NCBI GenBank assembly: GCA_964497515.1
Contig: CAZCCV010000003.1
Span: 70,840-134,839, forward strand
Direction of reading: 5' to 3'
Length of the DNA stretch: 64,000 nucleotides
From: an uncultured bacterium
GTDB lineage: Bacteria; Armatimonadota; UBA5829; DTLH01
Part shown: positions 27,765 to 36,856 of the stretch, piece after piece
Numbering within the stretch: the first letter of the stretch is position 1
How the letters are laid out: each line of letters begins with the position of its first letter
Program-made: the position numbers and the translations under genes
Notes under the pieces: generated by a model
The model's input: the letters and a program-made list of their open reading frames with translations, nothing else
What the model was told of the DNA's origin: nothing
Databases searched by the model: none

Positions 27765-28490
27765 TTATCCCGTCACTGTTACAGTCGCCGCAGAGACAAC
27801 CCGCAGTTCATCTGCATCGGTCTCAACTATGAGTGCGCCCGTATCGTCGACTCCGGCAGCCTTTCCGCTGATGGCCTTGCCATCTCCAAGCGCAACGGTG
27901 ACCGTGCGCCCCGTAGTTTCCTCGAGTTTTCGCCACTCTTCAAGTGTTCTGCCAAACCCTCTAGCCCGGAAAACACTGTAGGCTATGTCCAGATCTGCCA
28001 AGAGTGACTTCAGAACATCCTCGAGATCAACTTCTCTGCCGAGTTCTATCGCTGCACTGGTTGCCGTTTCCACAATCTCTTTTGGTAACTCTACCCAGTT
28101 CAGGTTCAACCCAATGCCAAGAACAACCGCATCGCCAGCTGTCTCGATCATTATCCCCGCAATTTTCTTGCCCTGAACGCGGACATCGTTCGGCCATTTG
28201 ATTCTGGCGTCGAGTCCGAGATTTGCCCGGATAGTGCCAGCTATTGCAACTGCAGCCACAAATGCAAGCTCACCGAGTCGCTCGTGCGGCAGATTTGGCT
28301 GCAACACCACCGACATTAGGAGATTGCTGCCAAGTGGGGAAACCCAGGTTCTGCCTCTGCTCCCTTTCCCACTGGTCTGTTCTGCCGCCACAACAACAGT
28401 GCCTTCGGCAGCCCCTTCAGAAGCAAGTGTGCGAGCTATATCGTTCGTCGACCCAACCGTGTCATAACGGTGGATCGCACACCCAATCAT
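27765..28490 (-). CDS. birA: biotin--[acetyl-CoA-carboxylase] ligase (group I, no HTH)
   Basis: 241 aa. Biotin-binding loop GKGSRGRTW. Confidence 0.8.
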   Translation of the reverse strand: MIGCAIHRYDTVGSTNDIARTLASEGAAEGTVVVAAEQTSGKGSRGRTWVSPLGSNLLMSVVLQPNLPHERLGELAFVAAVAIAGTIRANLGLDARIKWPNDVRVQGKKIAGIMIETAGDAVVLGIGLNLNWVELPKEIVETATSAAIELGREVDLEDVLKSLLADLDIAYSVFRARGFGRTLEEWRKLEETTGRTVTVALGDGKAISGKAAGVDDTGALIVETDADELRVVSAATVTVTG

Positions 28491-29323
28491 TGCTGAAAAT
28501 CCATACCTATATCCAGCGCCCTCACTGAGTGTGTCAGTGCGCCGACAGAAATCAGATCAACGCCAGTCGATGCTATTGCAGCTACAGAGTTCTCATCAAC
28601 TCCGCCCGATGCTTCCAGCGCAGCTCGACCGGCAGTAATATCCACGGCTTTCTTTATGGTCTTCGTGTCCATATTGTCGAGCAGAACAGCGTCTGCACAG
28701 GCAGACAGTGCTTCGTTCAGTTCGTCCAGATTGCGAACTTCCACTTCCACTTTGAGTGTGTGAGGAGCCCCCTGTTTGGCGGCTTCAACAGCTTTGCCTA
28801 CACCTCCGGCAGCCACAATGTGGTTGTCCTTAATCAGAATTCCATCAAACAGCCCGAATCGGTGGTTTTGGCCTCCGCCGACACGCACGGCGTACTTCTC
28901 TAATGCGCGAAGTCCGGGAGTCGTCTTTCGCGTATCGACAATTCGCGCCTTGGTGCCAGCAACCATCTCAACGAAACGTGCTGTTTTAGTAGCAATGCCG
29001 GAAAGCCGCTGCAAAAAGTTCAGCGCTACCCTTTCTCCTGCCAGAAGAGAACGGCTCTTGCCCTCAACAACCGCCAGAATATCTCCAGGAGTAACCCGAT
29101 CGCCGTCTTTTAGCTTTCGGTTGAAAACAACGATCGGATCCACTGCCTTAAATGCCAACTCTGCGATATCCATACCTGCGACAACCCCGTTTTCGCGCGC
29201 TGAAATAGCAGCTCGCCCCAGGGATCGTTCAGGAACGGTTAGTGTCGCTGTGATGTCGCCAGAACCAATATCCTCTGCCAAGGCAGATTCTACTATCGCT
29301 CTGATTGTCATCAAGTCAATCAT
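28487..29323 (-). CDS. nadC: nicotinate-nucleotide pyrophosphorylase (quinolinate phosphoribosyltransferase)
   Basis: 278 aa of NadC family. 4-nt overlap with birA. Confidence 0.85.
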   Translation of the reverse strand: MIDLMTIRAIVESALAEDIGSGDITATLTVPERSLGRAAISARENGVVAGMDIAELAFKAVDPIVVFNRKLKDGDRVTPGDILAVVEGKSRSLLAGERVALNFLQRLSGIATKTARFVEMVAGTKARIVDTRKTTPGLRALEKYAVRVGGGQNHRFGLFDGILIKDNHIVAAGGVGKAVEAAKQGAPHTLKVEVEVRNLDELNEALSACADAVLLDNMDTKTIKKAVDITAGRAALEASGGVDENSVAAIASTGVDLISVGALTHSVRALDIGMDFQQ

Positions 29324-29341
29324 TGAGTGACGCCTCCGCGA

Positions 29342-30244
29342 TTATCTCATCTGTCTGAATGCCTTTTCAGCCTGCTTCATCAGTTTATCATCGATCGTAA
29401 CTTTTGCATCGCGTCGTGCATCTTCAAAGAGCTTCATATAGTCCTTGTCGCTGTAAGCCTTGCGAAGCGCCAATTCTCCGCGGATTACTTCCTTCGCCTC
29501 ATCAAGACTTATCTTCACCGCAGCAATCTTCTTTAGCGGCTGCAGCAACACCCACGCGGGTTCGCCGGTAGGGCCATCAACCTTAATGGGTTCGCTCACT
29601 TTGTCCATCGGTGTATCAAAAGCGGCTTTTGCGATTTCTGGGAGAACCTCAGGGCCAGACTTCGGGATGACCATAGAACCCATTGCCTGATGATCCTCGC
29701 CGGACTCGGCGCCGATTTCCTCGAGAGTCTTTCCGCTCTTTATTTTCTTTGAGGCTTCCTTTGCTGCCTTTTCGTTCATGAAGAGTACGATTTCCGCTTT
29801 TGTTCTCTCCGGCAGATCATAGCCTTTCTGCTCATAGGCCTCTTTAATCTCGTCTTCTGTTATCTCTTTGCCAAACATCTTGACCGCAATGTTTGTCTTG
29901 GCCTGGACAACCACAAACTGTGCTTTCAGGTCGTCCTTGGTCGCTCCGTTCTCAGCAAGCTGATCGTAGATGTCAGTCAGCTTGCTAAAGGTATCGAGGC
30001 GCTTCTGAACCTGTTCATCAGTTGGCTCGACTCCCTGATCCTTCGCAATTTGAAGAGTCAGTTGATCATCGAGCATTTGAGCGAGCGCGCGTACACCAAC
30101 CTGAGCTCGCATATAGTTTACAAAATCATCGCCGGAAACCACCTGTCCGTTAATCTCCGCAACTTTCGGCTGACCGCAGCCGGCCAAGACCGTTGCCAAG
30201 ACTATGGCCAGGGCAACATAGATAGGTACACGCTTCTTGAACAA
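29342..30244 (-). CDS. PrsA/SurA-like foldase lipoprotein (degenerate parvulin PPIase domain)
   Basis: Signal peptide plus lipobox LAGCG. SurA-N-like helical region then a parvulin-like segment. The catalytic motif is not clearly conserved. Confidence 0.5.
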   Translation of the reverse strand: MFKKRVPIYVALAIVLATVLAGCGQPKVAEINGQVVSGDDFVNYMRAQVGVRALAQMLDDQLTLQIAKDQGVEPTDEQVQKRLDTFSKLTDIYDQLAENGATKDDLKAQFVVVQAKTNIAVKMFGKEITEDEIKEAYEQKGYDLPERTKAEIVLFMNEKAAKEASKKIKSGKTLEEIGAESGEDHQAMGSMVIPKSGPEVLPEIAKAAFDTPMDKVSEPIKVDGPTGEPAWVLLQPLKKIAAVKISLDEAKEVIRGELALRKAYSDKDYMKLFEDARRDAKVTIDDKLMKQAEKAFRQMR

Positions 30245-30492
30245 AGTAATGTGATCCTTTCGAGTTTTTGATATCTATAATACGGAATAGCCGGCGCTGA
30301 AGTTGCTGGCCGGACACTTACTCAATTATAGAGCCTCCAGCATACGAACGCAACCGCTGCACGAGTTGCGCTCTGCTTCAGGTGCAAGTGGAATGAAGTA
30401 ATATTTTGAGGTATTGAGGTGGGGAGGGGAATGCAGAATGGCATGCAGGCTCTTTCTAGCCATTCTGCACTCACCCGATGCGGAGTTTGCTG

Positions 30493-30906
30493 CTACTCGT
30501 CTGCGACCCTTACATAATGCAGTTTCGGATTTGCCGGGTCGTCAAGGAGCATGACGGCTCGGACCCGTTGCCGATCTTTGGCAAGATCACGCGCTTCATC
30601 GAATGTTCTGAGAACAGAAATGCAGTCAGTGACAGAACCGTGCTTGGCTGCTGCATTTATAAATTTACGGCAATAGTCGAGTGTAGAAAAAGTGACCAGT
30701 CCAAACGCACTAGGGTCTTCCGGAATCAATCGACAAGCATAAGTGCCGCGATCAGGATAGTGGATGCACCATAATAACCGCGGAAACTCATCTGCTACTG
30801 GAAACCAGTCGATCAGACCTTCTATACTGCGCTGGCATTCATCTAGGTTATCAGGAATATCAAAAATCCAATCATCGCGCCTATTGTGTTCCATATAAGC
30901 CCTCCA
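30493..30906 (-). CDS. hypothetical cytoplasmic protein (138 aa)
   Basis: Start ATG 30904-30906 behind RBS GGAGGG. The Cys-rich N-terminal extension of the longer ORF (to 31041) lacks an RBS. Confidence 0.45.
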   Translation of the reverse strand, partial: WRAYMEHNRRDDWIFDIPDNLDECQRSIEGLIDWFPVADEFPRLLWCIHYPDRGTYACRLIPEDPSAFGLVTFSTLDYCRKFINAAAKHGSVTDCISVLRTFDEARDLAKDRQRVRAVMLLDDPANPKLHYVRVADE

Positions 30907-31081
30907 TTGGCGCAGAATAATGTCCTGTATCAAAATGCAATGATTAAGAACGCATGTATTGTCTATGCAAGATTCGGGCAAATGCGATTGGCACAAATAC
31001 CAGTTTTGTGCCGTCTGACAATTGGAGAACGCTGTGTTCATATAGCAATCCTATATGGAATACTAGCTACAGCAGTTCAAT

Positions 31082-31759
31082 ATGGTAATGACAGCTAATC
31101 AACCCAATGGATCAAGCAAGTGCCTCGATGTTGATCTCGCACGAATTTTTCCCATTAACGAGCGAGTTCAGCTCAACATCGACGGCCGCACGTATGCCAG
31201 CCGCGTTGAGGATGTCTATCCGGATCACGTTGTCGTTGCTGCTCCCATTCATCGCGGGAAGATAGTAAGCACCCGAAAAGACTCCTCTGTAACAGTCGGT
31301 GTCGTGTACAAAGACACCTATCACGAGTTCGATGGCAGAATAGGAGAAGAGTTAAGGGGGCAAGTGCCGACTATAGTTCTATCGCACCTTCACAGTTGTG
31401 TGCAGCCCGAACGTCGTCACTACATACGTATCAATCACGTTGTTTCGGTCAACTTTCGACTTTCCACTGCAACAGGACCTTGGGAGGTAGCTGAGAGTAT
31501 CGATATTGGCGGAGGTGGTATCAGGGTTGCTCGCAGCATAGATACCCGAATCGCAAGCGGGGACATCGTCGATGTCAGGTTGTTTATACCTGGATTGCAG
31601 CAGATTAGTGCGGCGTGCCGTGTCCTTCGTGTAAATCATACTGCAGGAGTCGGTGGACCGTATGGTTATTGGGCTGCCGAGTTTACTCAAATCCCTCCAA
31701 AGAACCGCTCCGATCTCGTGCGTTACGTGGAAAAGGTCTTTAACAGTGCAACTGGATGA
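31082..31759 (+). CDS. PilZ-domain c-di-GMP receptor, YcgR-like (PilZN + PilZ)
   Basis: RxxxR motif (ERRHYIRI) and D-x-S-x-x-G motif (DIGGGGIRV). YcgR-like N-terminal domain. Confidence 0.7.
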   Translation: MVMTANQPNGSSKCLDVDLARIFPINERVQLNIDGRTYASRVEDVYPDHVVVAAPIHRGKIVSTRKDSSVTVGVVYKDTYHEFDGRIGEELRGQVPTIVLSHLHSCVQPERRHYIRINHVVSVNFRLSTATGPWEVAESIDIGGGGIRVARSIDTRIASGDIVDVRLFIPGLQQISAACRVLRVNHTAGVGGPYGYWAAEFTQIPPKNRSDLVRYVEKVFNSATG

Positions 31760-31763
31760 GCCC

Positions 31764-32753
31764 TCAGATTTGGCTCTCTATGCTGTGCAGGATACTGAGC
31801 ACTATCCCTTTTGATTCCGCCTGAAAATCTGGACTCGGCCGCATTAGCAGATAGAACCAAGCGTAGTTCATATATAAATGCATTCGGTAGAACTCCCGCC
31901 TAAGGATTGCTTCTGCCGACTGATCAAGGGCTATACCGTAGCCTTCCTGCAAGTCCGGGTCGGGATTATCCCACAGCACAAACTCGAACTCACTTTCAGC
32001 AAAAAACGCGTTGTCCGTGTCGATTATAGCCCTTACCCGCCAACTGTTGTTCTCTTTGCTGATAAGTATATTTGGATCCCAGATGTCGTTATGAACGAAC
32101 ACCGGCTCGCCGCAGCTATCGAAAATCTCACGGTTCTTTGTGTAGCAATCGAGGATGCTTGCGATTTCATATTCAGAGAACACTCCAGCAGTGCTGCACT
32201 TCTCAGAGACTTCTCTCAACAGCTCACCGAAGAAGGAAAACCATTTGTGGCTTCCTTTTATGGAACCATCTGACATCACTTTGCCGTACTTCACGCGAGT
32301 AATGCTGTGCATCCGAGCAAGCAGTCGGCCGACTTCCCGCATTATACCGGGTCTAGCCTCGGCTGGAATTGAAGGATCTGAAAGCGGGGTAGCTTCGATG
32401 TAATCGACAAGCATATAGTCGCGGTCGATTACCGTTTTCGTTCCATCCGCCAGAATCGCTCGAGATGTGGGCACTCCGGCGGCTTCTAACAAATCGTATT
32501 TGAATCTCTCCGACATAAGCACGGCTTTGGCGTACTGGCCAACAGCCTCATCATCTCTAGGAGCAACACGGAGAACCACGTGTCGATCCGGGTTTTTTGT
32601 GCGTATCTGATACAGTGTGTTGTAGTGTCCGCCGTGCATCTGTTTGCAGTTGGCTACTTGAGCCTGATTGCCGAAAGCGGCACGGATTACTGCACTAATC
32701 TCTTCAGTTTTGAGCAGAGCATTCTTTTCTGCAGTCTCAGACACGGGATCCAT
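31764..32753 (-). CDS. phosphotransferase enzyme family protein (APH/choline-kinase-like)
   Basis: Brenner motif VFVHNDIWDPNILI and catalytic-loop IIDTDNAFF. Start uncertain: ATG 32753 or TTG 32783. Confidence 0.65.
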   Translation of the reverse strand: MDPVSETAEKNALLKTEEISAVIRAAFGNQAQVANCKQMHGGHYNTLYQIRTKNPDRHVVLRVAPRDDEAVGQYAKAVLMSERFKYDLLEAAGVPTSRAILADGTKTVIDRDYMLVDYIEATPLSDPSIPAEARPGIMREVGRLLARMHSITRVKYGKVMSDGSIKGSHKWFSFFGELLREVSEKCSTAGVFSEYEIASILDCYTKNREIFDSCGEPVFVHNDIWDPNILISKENNSWRVRAIIDTDNAFFAESEFEFVLWDNPDPDLQEGYGIALDQSAEAILRREFYRMHLYMNYAWFYLLMRPSPDFQAESKGIVLSILHSIESQI

Positions 32754-32932
32754 CCTAAAAAAAGAGAAAACCCCGGTTTCCAAAACGAAACCCGGGTATA
32801 TCTTTCGCTTCGCTCTGGTTCTACATTGCAGAACCGGTCTGCCTCAATACCGAGGTGAGCTTTAGTGTGAAAGGCTGCCTCGCAACGGTGGATGCGAGGC
32901 AGCACAAATACCGGCGCTAAAGCCGGATACTC

Positions 32933-35611
32933 TTACTTGTCGCGTGCAACTCCGGTGCCGCGCTCCTCAATGACAGCCTGAGCAGCAGCAAGCCGCGCTA
33001 CAGGCAGTCGGCGAGGCGAGCAGCTAACGTAGTTCAGACCCAGCTTGTGGCAGAACTTAACGCTATCCGGCTCTCCGCCGTGCTCACCACAGATACCCAG
33101 CTTGATTCCAGGATTGACGGCCTTTGCGTCTTCAACACAGATCTCCATCATTCGTCCGATACCCTTCTGGTCGATGGTCTCGGTCGGGTCGGTCTTGAAG
33201 ATGCTGTTGTCGACGTAAAGCTGCAGGAATCTGCCAGCGTCGTCACGGCTGATTCCGTAACCCATCTGAGTCAGGTCGTTGGTGCCGAAGCTGAAGAACT
33301 CGGCTTCCTTCGCGATCTCGTCCGCTGTGAGCGCTGCTCTCGGGATCTCGATCATCGTGCCGAACATATAGTTGACTTCAACACCCTCGGCAGCCATTGT
33401 GCTCTTCGCCACCTCTTCGAGCTGAGTCTTGATGTAGGTGAGCTCGTTCACTGTGCCGATAAGCGGGATCATAATCTCGGGATGAACTTCCATTCCGGAC
33501 TTCTTCACTTCACATGCGGCGCCGATGATAGCTCCAACCTGCATCTTCACGATGCCAGGGAAGTATATCGAGAGTCGAACTCCGCGCAGGCCGAGCATTG
33601 GGTTCTGCTCGTGCAGATCACGAACCTTAGCCAGAAGAATCTCCTTCTCCTTGAGCTCGGGTGCATTTGGGTTCTTGCATCGAAGCTCGGTGACCTCCAC
33701 CAGAAGCTCGAGCAGCGGCGGTAGGAACTCGTGGAGTGGGGGGTCAATCAGTCTGATTGTGACCGGCTTGCCGCCCATGGCCTTGAATATTCCAACAAAG
33801 TCTTCGCGCTGCATCGGAAGGAGCTTCGCAAGTGCTTTGTCACGAATCTCTTCGTTGTCGGCGAGAATCATGTCCCGAACGAAAGGAGCTCTGTCGCCAC
33901 CGAGGAACATATGCTCCGTGCGGCAGAGGCCAATTCCCTCGGCTCCAAGCTGGATAGCGTCGGAAGCGTGCTCGGGAGTGTCAGCGTTCGCGCGAACTCC
34001 CAGCTTGCGGATTTCGTCAGCCCAAGCCATAAATGTGCCAAAGTCGCCAGTAACGGCGGCCGGCTCTGTCTCGAGCTTGGCGTTGTAGACTTCACCAGTT
34101 GTTCCGTTGATGGTGATTATATCGCCTTCCTTCACGGTCGTGCTGCCAACGGAGAACGAGCGCTTTGCTTCGTCAATCTTCAGATCGCCGCAGCCGCAGA
34201 CTGTAGGAATGCCATACTGTCTTGCAACCAGGGCTGCGTGGCTTGTTCGGCCACCAAGCTGGGTTAGAACTCCAACAGATGCCAGCATCCCGCCGAGGTC
34301 GTCAGGGTTGGTCTCTTTGCGAACCAGAATAACGTGCTTGTCCTCTTCGGCCATGCGGATGGCAGCCTTTCCGTCGAGCGCAACGTGACCCCAAGCACCA
34401 CCAGGACCAGCATTCAGTCCCTTTGCGAGCGGCTTAATCCCTCCAGTATCTTTGATGCGCGGGTTCAGCAACTGCTCAAGCTGCTCGGGAGCTACTCGGG
34501 TGAGAGCTTCGTCCTTGCTGATGCGGTTTTCGGCAACCATGTCAACAGCAATCTTGACTGCTGCAACACCTGTGCGCTTGCCGGCTCGGCACTGAAGGAT
34601 GAACAGGCGACCCTTCTCGATAGTGAACTCGATGTCCTGCATCTCTCGATAGTGATCCTCGAGAGACTGTGCAGTGTCGGCAAACTGCTTGTAGATGCTC
34701 GGGAATTCGCCTTCGAGTTGGTCGATGGACTCCGGCGTTCGGACACCAGCAACAACGTCTTCTCCCTGAGCATTCTTCAAAAACTCGCCGAAGAGTTTGT
34801 GCTCACCAGTAGCCGGATTTCGTGTGAAGGCAACGCCTGTGCCGCAGTCATCACCCATGTTACCGAAGACCATTGTCTGAACGTTCACGGCGGTTCCCAG
34901 GTCGTGGGAAATCTTCTCGCGGTTGCGATAGATTATTGCTCGTTCGTTGTTCCAGCTCTTGAAGACAGCGATTATCGCAAGTCTGAGCTGCTCGTACGGG
35001 TCCGTCGGGAAGTCGGAGCCGGTGGCTTTCTTGAAGTATTCCTTGTATTTGGCAACGAGGTCCTTCAGGCCGGCGGCATCGACGTCGGTATCAGACTTGG
35101 CACCGACTTTGGCTTTAATCTCGTCGAAAATGTGCTCGAAGTTGTGCTTCTTCAGTTCAGGGTAGTCATCGGAGAGCACGATGTCGGAGAACATCATAAG
35201 GAATCGGCGATAGGCGTCGTAACCGAACCGCTCGTTGCCGGAGGCAGATATGACGCTTTTCAGTGTGTCGTCGTTCAAGCCAAGGTTCAGGACTGTGTCC
35301 ATCATACCAGGCATGGAGAACTTCGCACCGGAGCGAACAGAGACCAGCAGCGGATTTGCCGCGTCACCGAGTTTCTTACCCATATCCTTTTCAACATCGG
35401 CGAGCGATGCAAGAACCTCATCCCAGAGTCCTTCTGGAAGCTGGCCAGACTTGCTGTATTCGTTACAGGCCTCGGTGGTAATAGTAAAACCCGGAGGTAC
35501 GGGCAGGCCGATATTGGTCATCTCGGCCAGGTTGGCGCCCTTGCCACCGAGTAGGTCTCTCATCGTCGCGTTACCTTCTCTGAAAAGGTAAACGCGCTTT
35601 TTTGTCGTCAT
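32933..35611 (-). CDS. ppdK: pyruvate, phosphate dikinase
   Basis: 892 aa. N-terminal ATP-grasp, central phospho-His domain, C-terminal PEP-utilising domain (MTTKKRVYLFREGNATMRDLLGGKGANLAEM). Confidence 0.95.
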   Translation of the reverse strand: MTTKKRVYLFREGNATMRDLLGGKGANLAEMTNIGLPVPPGFTITTEACNEYSKSGQLPEGLWDEVLASLADVEKDMGKKLGDAANPLLVSVRSGAKFSMPGMMDTVLNLGLNDDTLKSVISASGNERFGYDAYRRFLMMFSDIVLSDDYPELKKHNFEHIFDEIKAKVGAKSDTDVDAAGLKDLVAKYKEYFKKATGSDFPTDPYEQLRLAIIAVFKSWNNERAIIYRNREKISHDLGTAVNVQTMVFGNMGDDCGTGVAFTRNPATGEHKLFGEFLKNAQGEDVVAGVRTPESIDQLEGEFPSIYKQFADTAQSLEDHYREMQDIEFTIEKGRLFILQCRAGKRTGVAAVKIAVDMVAENRISKDEALTRVAPEQLEQLLNPRIKDTGGIKPLAKGLNAGPGGAWGHVALDGKAAIRMAEEDKHVILVRKETNPDDLGGMLASVGVLTQLGGRTSHAALVARQYGIPTVCGCGDLKIDEAKRSFSVGSTTVKEGDIITINGTTGEVYNAKLETEPAAVTGDFGTFMAWADEIRKLGVRANADTPEHASDAIQLGAEGIGLCRTEHMFLGGDRAPFVRDMILADNEEIRDKALAKLLPMQREDFVGIFKAMGGKPVTIRLIDPPLHEFLPPLLELLVEVTELRCKNPNAPELKEKEILLAKVRDLHEQNPMLGLRGVRLSIYFPGIVKMQVGAIIGAACEVKKSGMEVHPEIMIPLIGTVNELTYIKTQLEEVAKSTMAAEGVEVNYMFGTMIEIPRAALTADEIAKEAEFFSFGTNDLTQMGYGISRDDAGRFLQLYVDNSIFKTDPTETIDQKGIGRMMEICVEDAKAVNPGIKLGICGEHGGEPDSVKFCHKLGLNYVSCSPRRLPVARLAAAQAVIEERGTGVARDK

Positions 35612-35834
35612 TCAGATATTCCTCCTGCTTATTCACTTGTGTAGTACCAAATTTGCTTCTTATACAAATGGTGAGCAAGTTCCTGCATGAATGCCAAAAA
35701 TATACAATTCTTCAGTTCTTCCCTCCAAAACAACCTGCAAAAGGCTCGATAGGGCAAGCAGAACAGTTGGCACGTTTTCTGCAACATACTACTAAGTCAG
35801 CCCGGATGCTTATGATACAGGACTTTAGAGCACT

Positions 35835-36590
35835 ATGAAACAAGCAAAACCTGCAATTCTCTTTGTTATGGCCGTAATCGCTTTTCTCACTGGGATATTA
35901 CCGTCTCTTGGCGAGAGAGTTCCTGCACGTGCAAAGCTTGAGAATGTGCCTTACGTCCAGCAATTGAAGAACTATTGCGGGCCAGCATCACTTGCTTCCG
36001 TCCTCAACTACTGGGGACTCAAAATCGACCAGAAAGCGATTGGTGCAGACTGCTACGATCCAGCAATCGAAGCCACCAACGGAGCAGATATGATGTTCTT
36101 TGCTCGTAACAAAGGCTACTCGGCTTACTCCTGGAACAGCGGATTGTTGGATATCAAGAATAAACTCGCGCAGGGAGTCCCTGTAATCGTGATCCAGGAC
36201 ACCAGTCTCACTGATAAATCCGGACACTACCGCGTAGCTGTTGGTTACGATGACGACGAGCGCGTTATCTATGTAATCGATCCCTACGAGCCAGAAACCA
36301 GACGGCTATCGTACGATTTGTTCGAATCCCTCTGGGAGCGTCACGGTTACTGGGCACTGCTGATCTGCCCGGCCAAACGCGATACCTTCCGGACTGAACT
36401 CGACGAAAAGAACCCCGTAGTTCATCTCGATCTGGCGTACGTCTACTACAAGAATGGACAGATGAAAGAGTCTGAAAGAGAGAGCAGGCTGGCGCTTGCG
36501 CTCGAACCGGGGAACTATACCGCAAAAGATATCCTCGCAAAATCAATGCTTGCAGCAGCAGGCTCGCGCGCCAAGCAGAGACTCGACTAA
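35835..36590 (+). CDS. membrane-anchored papain-like cysteine peptidase, C39-like (Peptidase_C39_2) with C-terminal TPR-like repeat
   Basis: N-terminal TM helix. Catalytic Cys in QQLKNYCGPASLASVLNYWG, His in SGHYRVAVGYD, Asp in VIDPYEP. Confidence 0.6.
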   Translation: MKQAKPAILFVMAVIAFLTGILPSLGERVPARAKLENVPYVQQLKNYCGPASLASVLNYWGLKIDQKAIGADCYDPAIEATNGADMMFFARNKGYSAYSWNSGLLDIKNKLAQGVPVIVIQDTSLTDKSGHYRVAVGYDDDERVIYVIDPYEPETRRLSYDLFESLWERHGYWALLICPAKRDTFRTELDEKNPVVHLDLAYVYYKNGQMKESERESRLALALEPGNYTAKDILAKSMLAAAGSRAKQRLD

Positions 36591-36742
36591 TACGATCTTC
36601 GCTTAGGAGTGCAGGTCAAGCAATCGTCTTCTTTGCGTTTCATCAACCCTCCTTGCATCGCAATCAAGCCCACGCTGTGGAACTTGTGTTACCCATCTGT
36701 CTTCTCGCCTATTGCTTCAATTGCCCTCAATCTTGGCAGGTC

Positions 36743-36771
36743 TTGCAATAGGGTGTTGTGCGTGTTATACT
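36743..36771 (+). promoter_or_regulatory. sigma70-like promoter TTGCAA-17nt-TATACT upstream of nusA
   Basis: -35 at 36743-36748, -10 at 36766-36771. Confidence 0.5.
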
Positions 36772-36797
36772 AATTTCGGTTATACAGGTGCATTGAG

Positions 36798-36824
36798 AAG
36801 AGTGGGTCGCACGCCCACTCTTTT
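36798..36824 (+). terminator. leader hairpin/attenuator (9-bp stem AAGAGTGGG/CCCACTCTT + TTTT) between promoter and nusA RBS
   Basis: Read directly. Lies about 20 nt downstream of the predicted TSS and 30 nt before the nusA start. Confidence 0.45.
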
Positions 36825-36856
36825 ATCGTTATGAGCAAGTTAGGGAGAAAGGTGTA

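Noticed and set aside
29342-30244. Possibility that the lipoprotein is a trigger-factor/SurA chaperone with active PPIase
   Set aside because: The parvulin catalytic residues could not be recognised by eye. It is kept as PrsA/SurA-like foldase at moderate confidence only.
32754-32800. Imperfect hairpin CCCGGTTTC...GAAACCCGGG at the 5' end of the APH-like ORF
   Set aside because: It lies inside the longest-ORF N-terminus, so it is used only to argue for the shorter ATG 32753 start. It is not reported as a terminator because no convergent transcript ends there.
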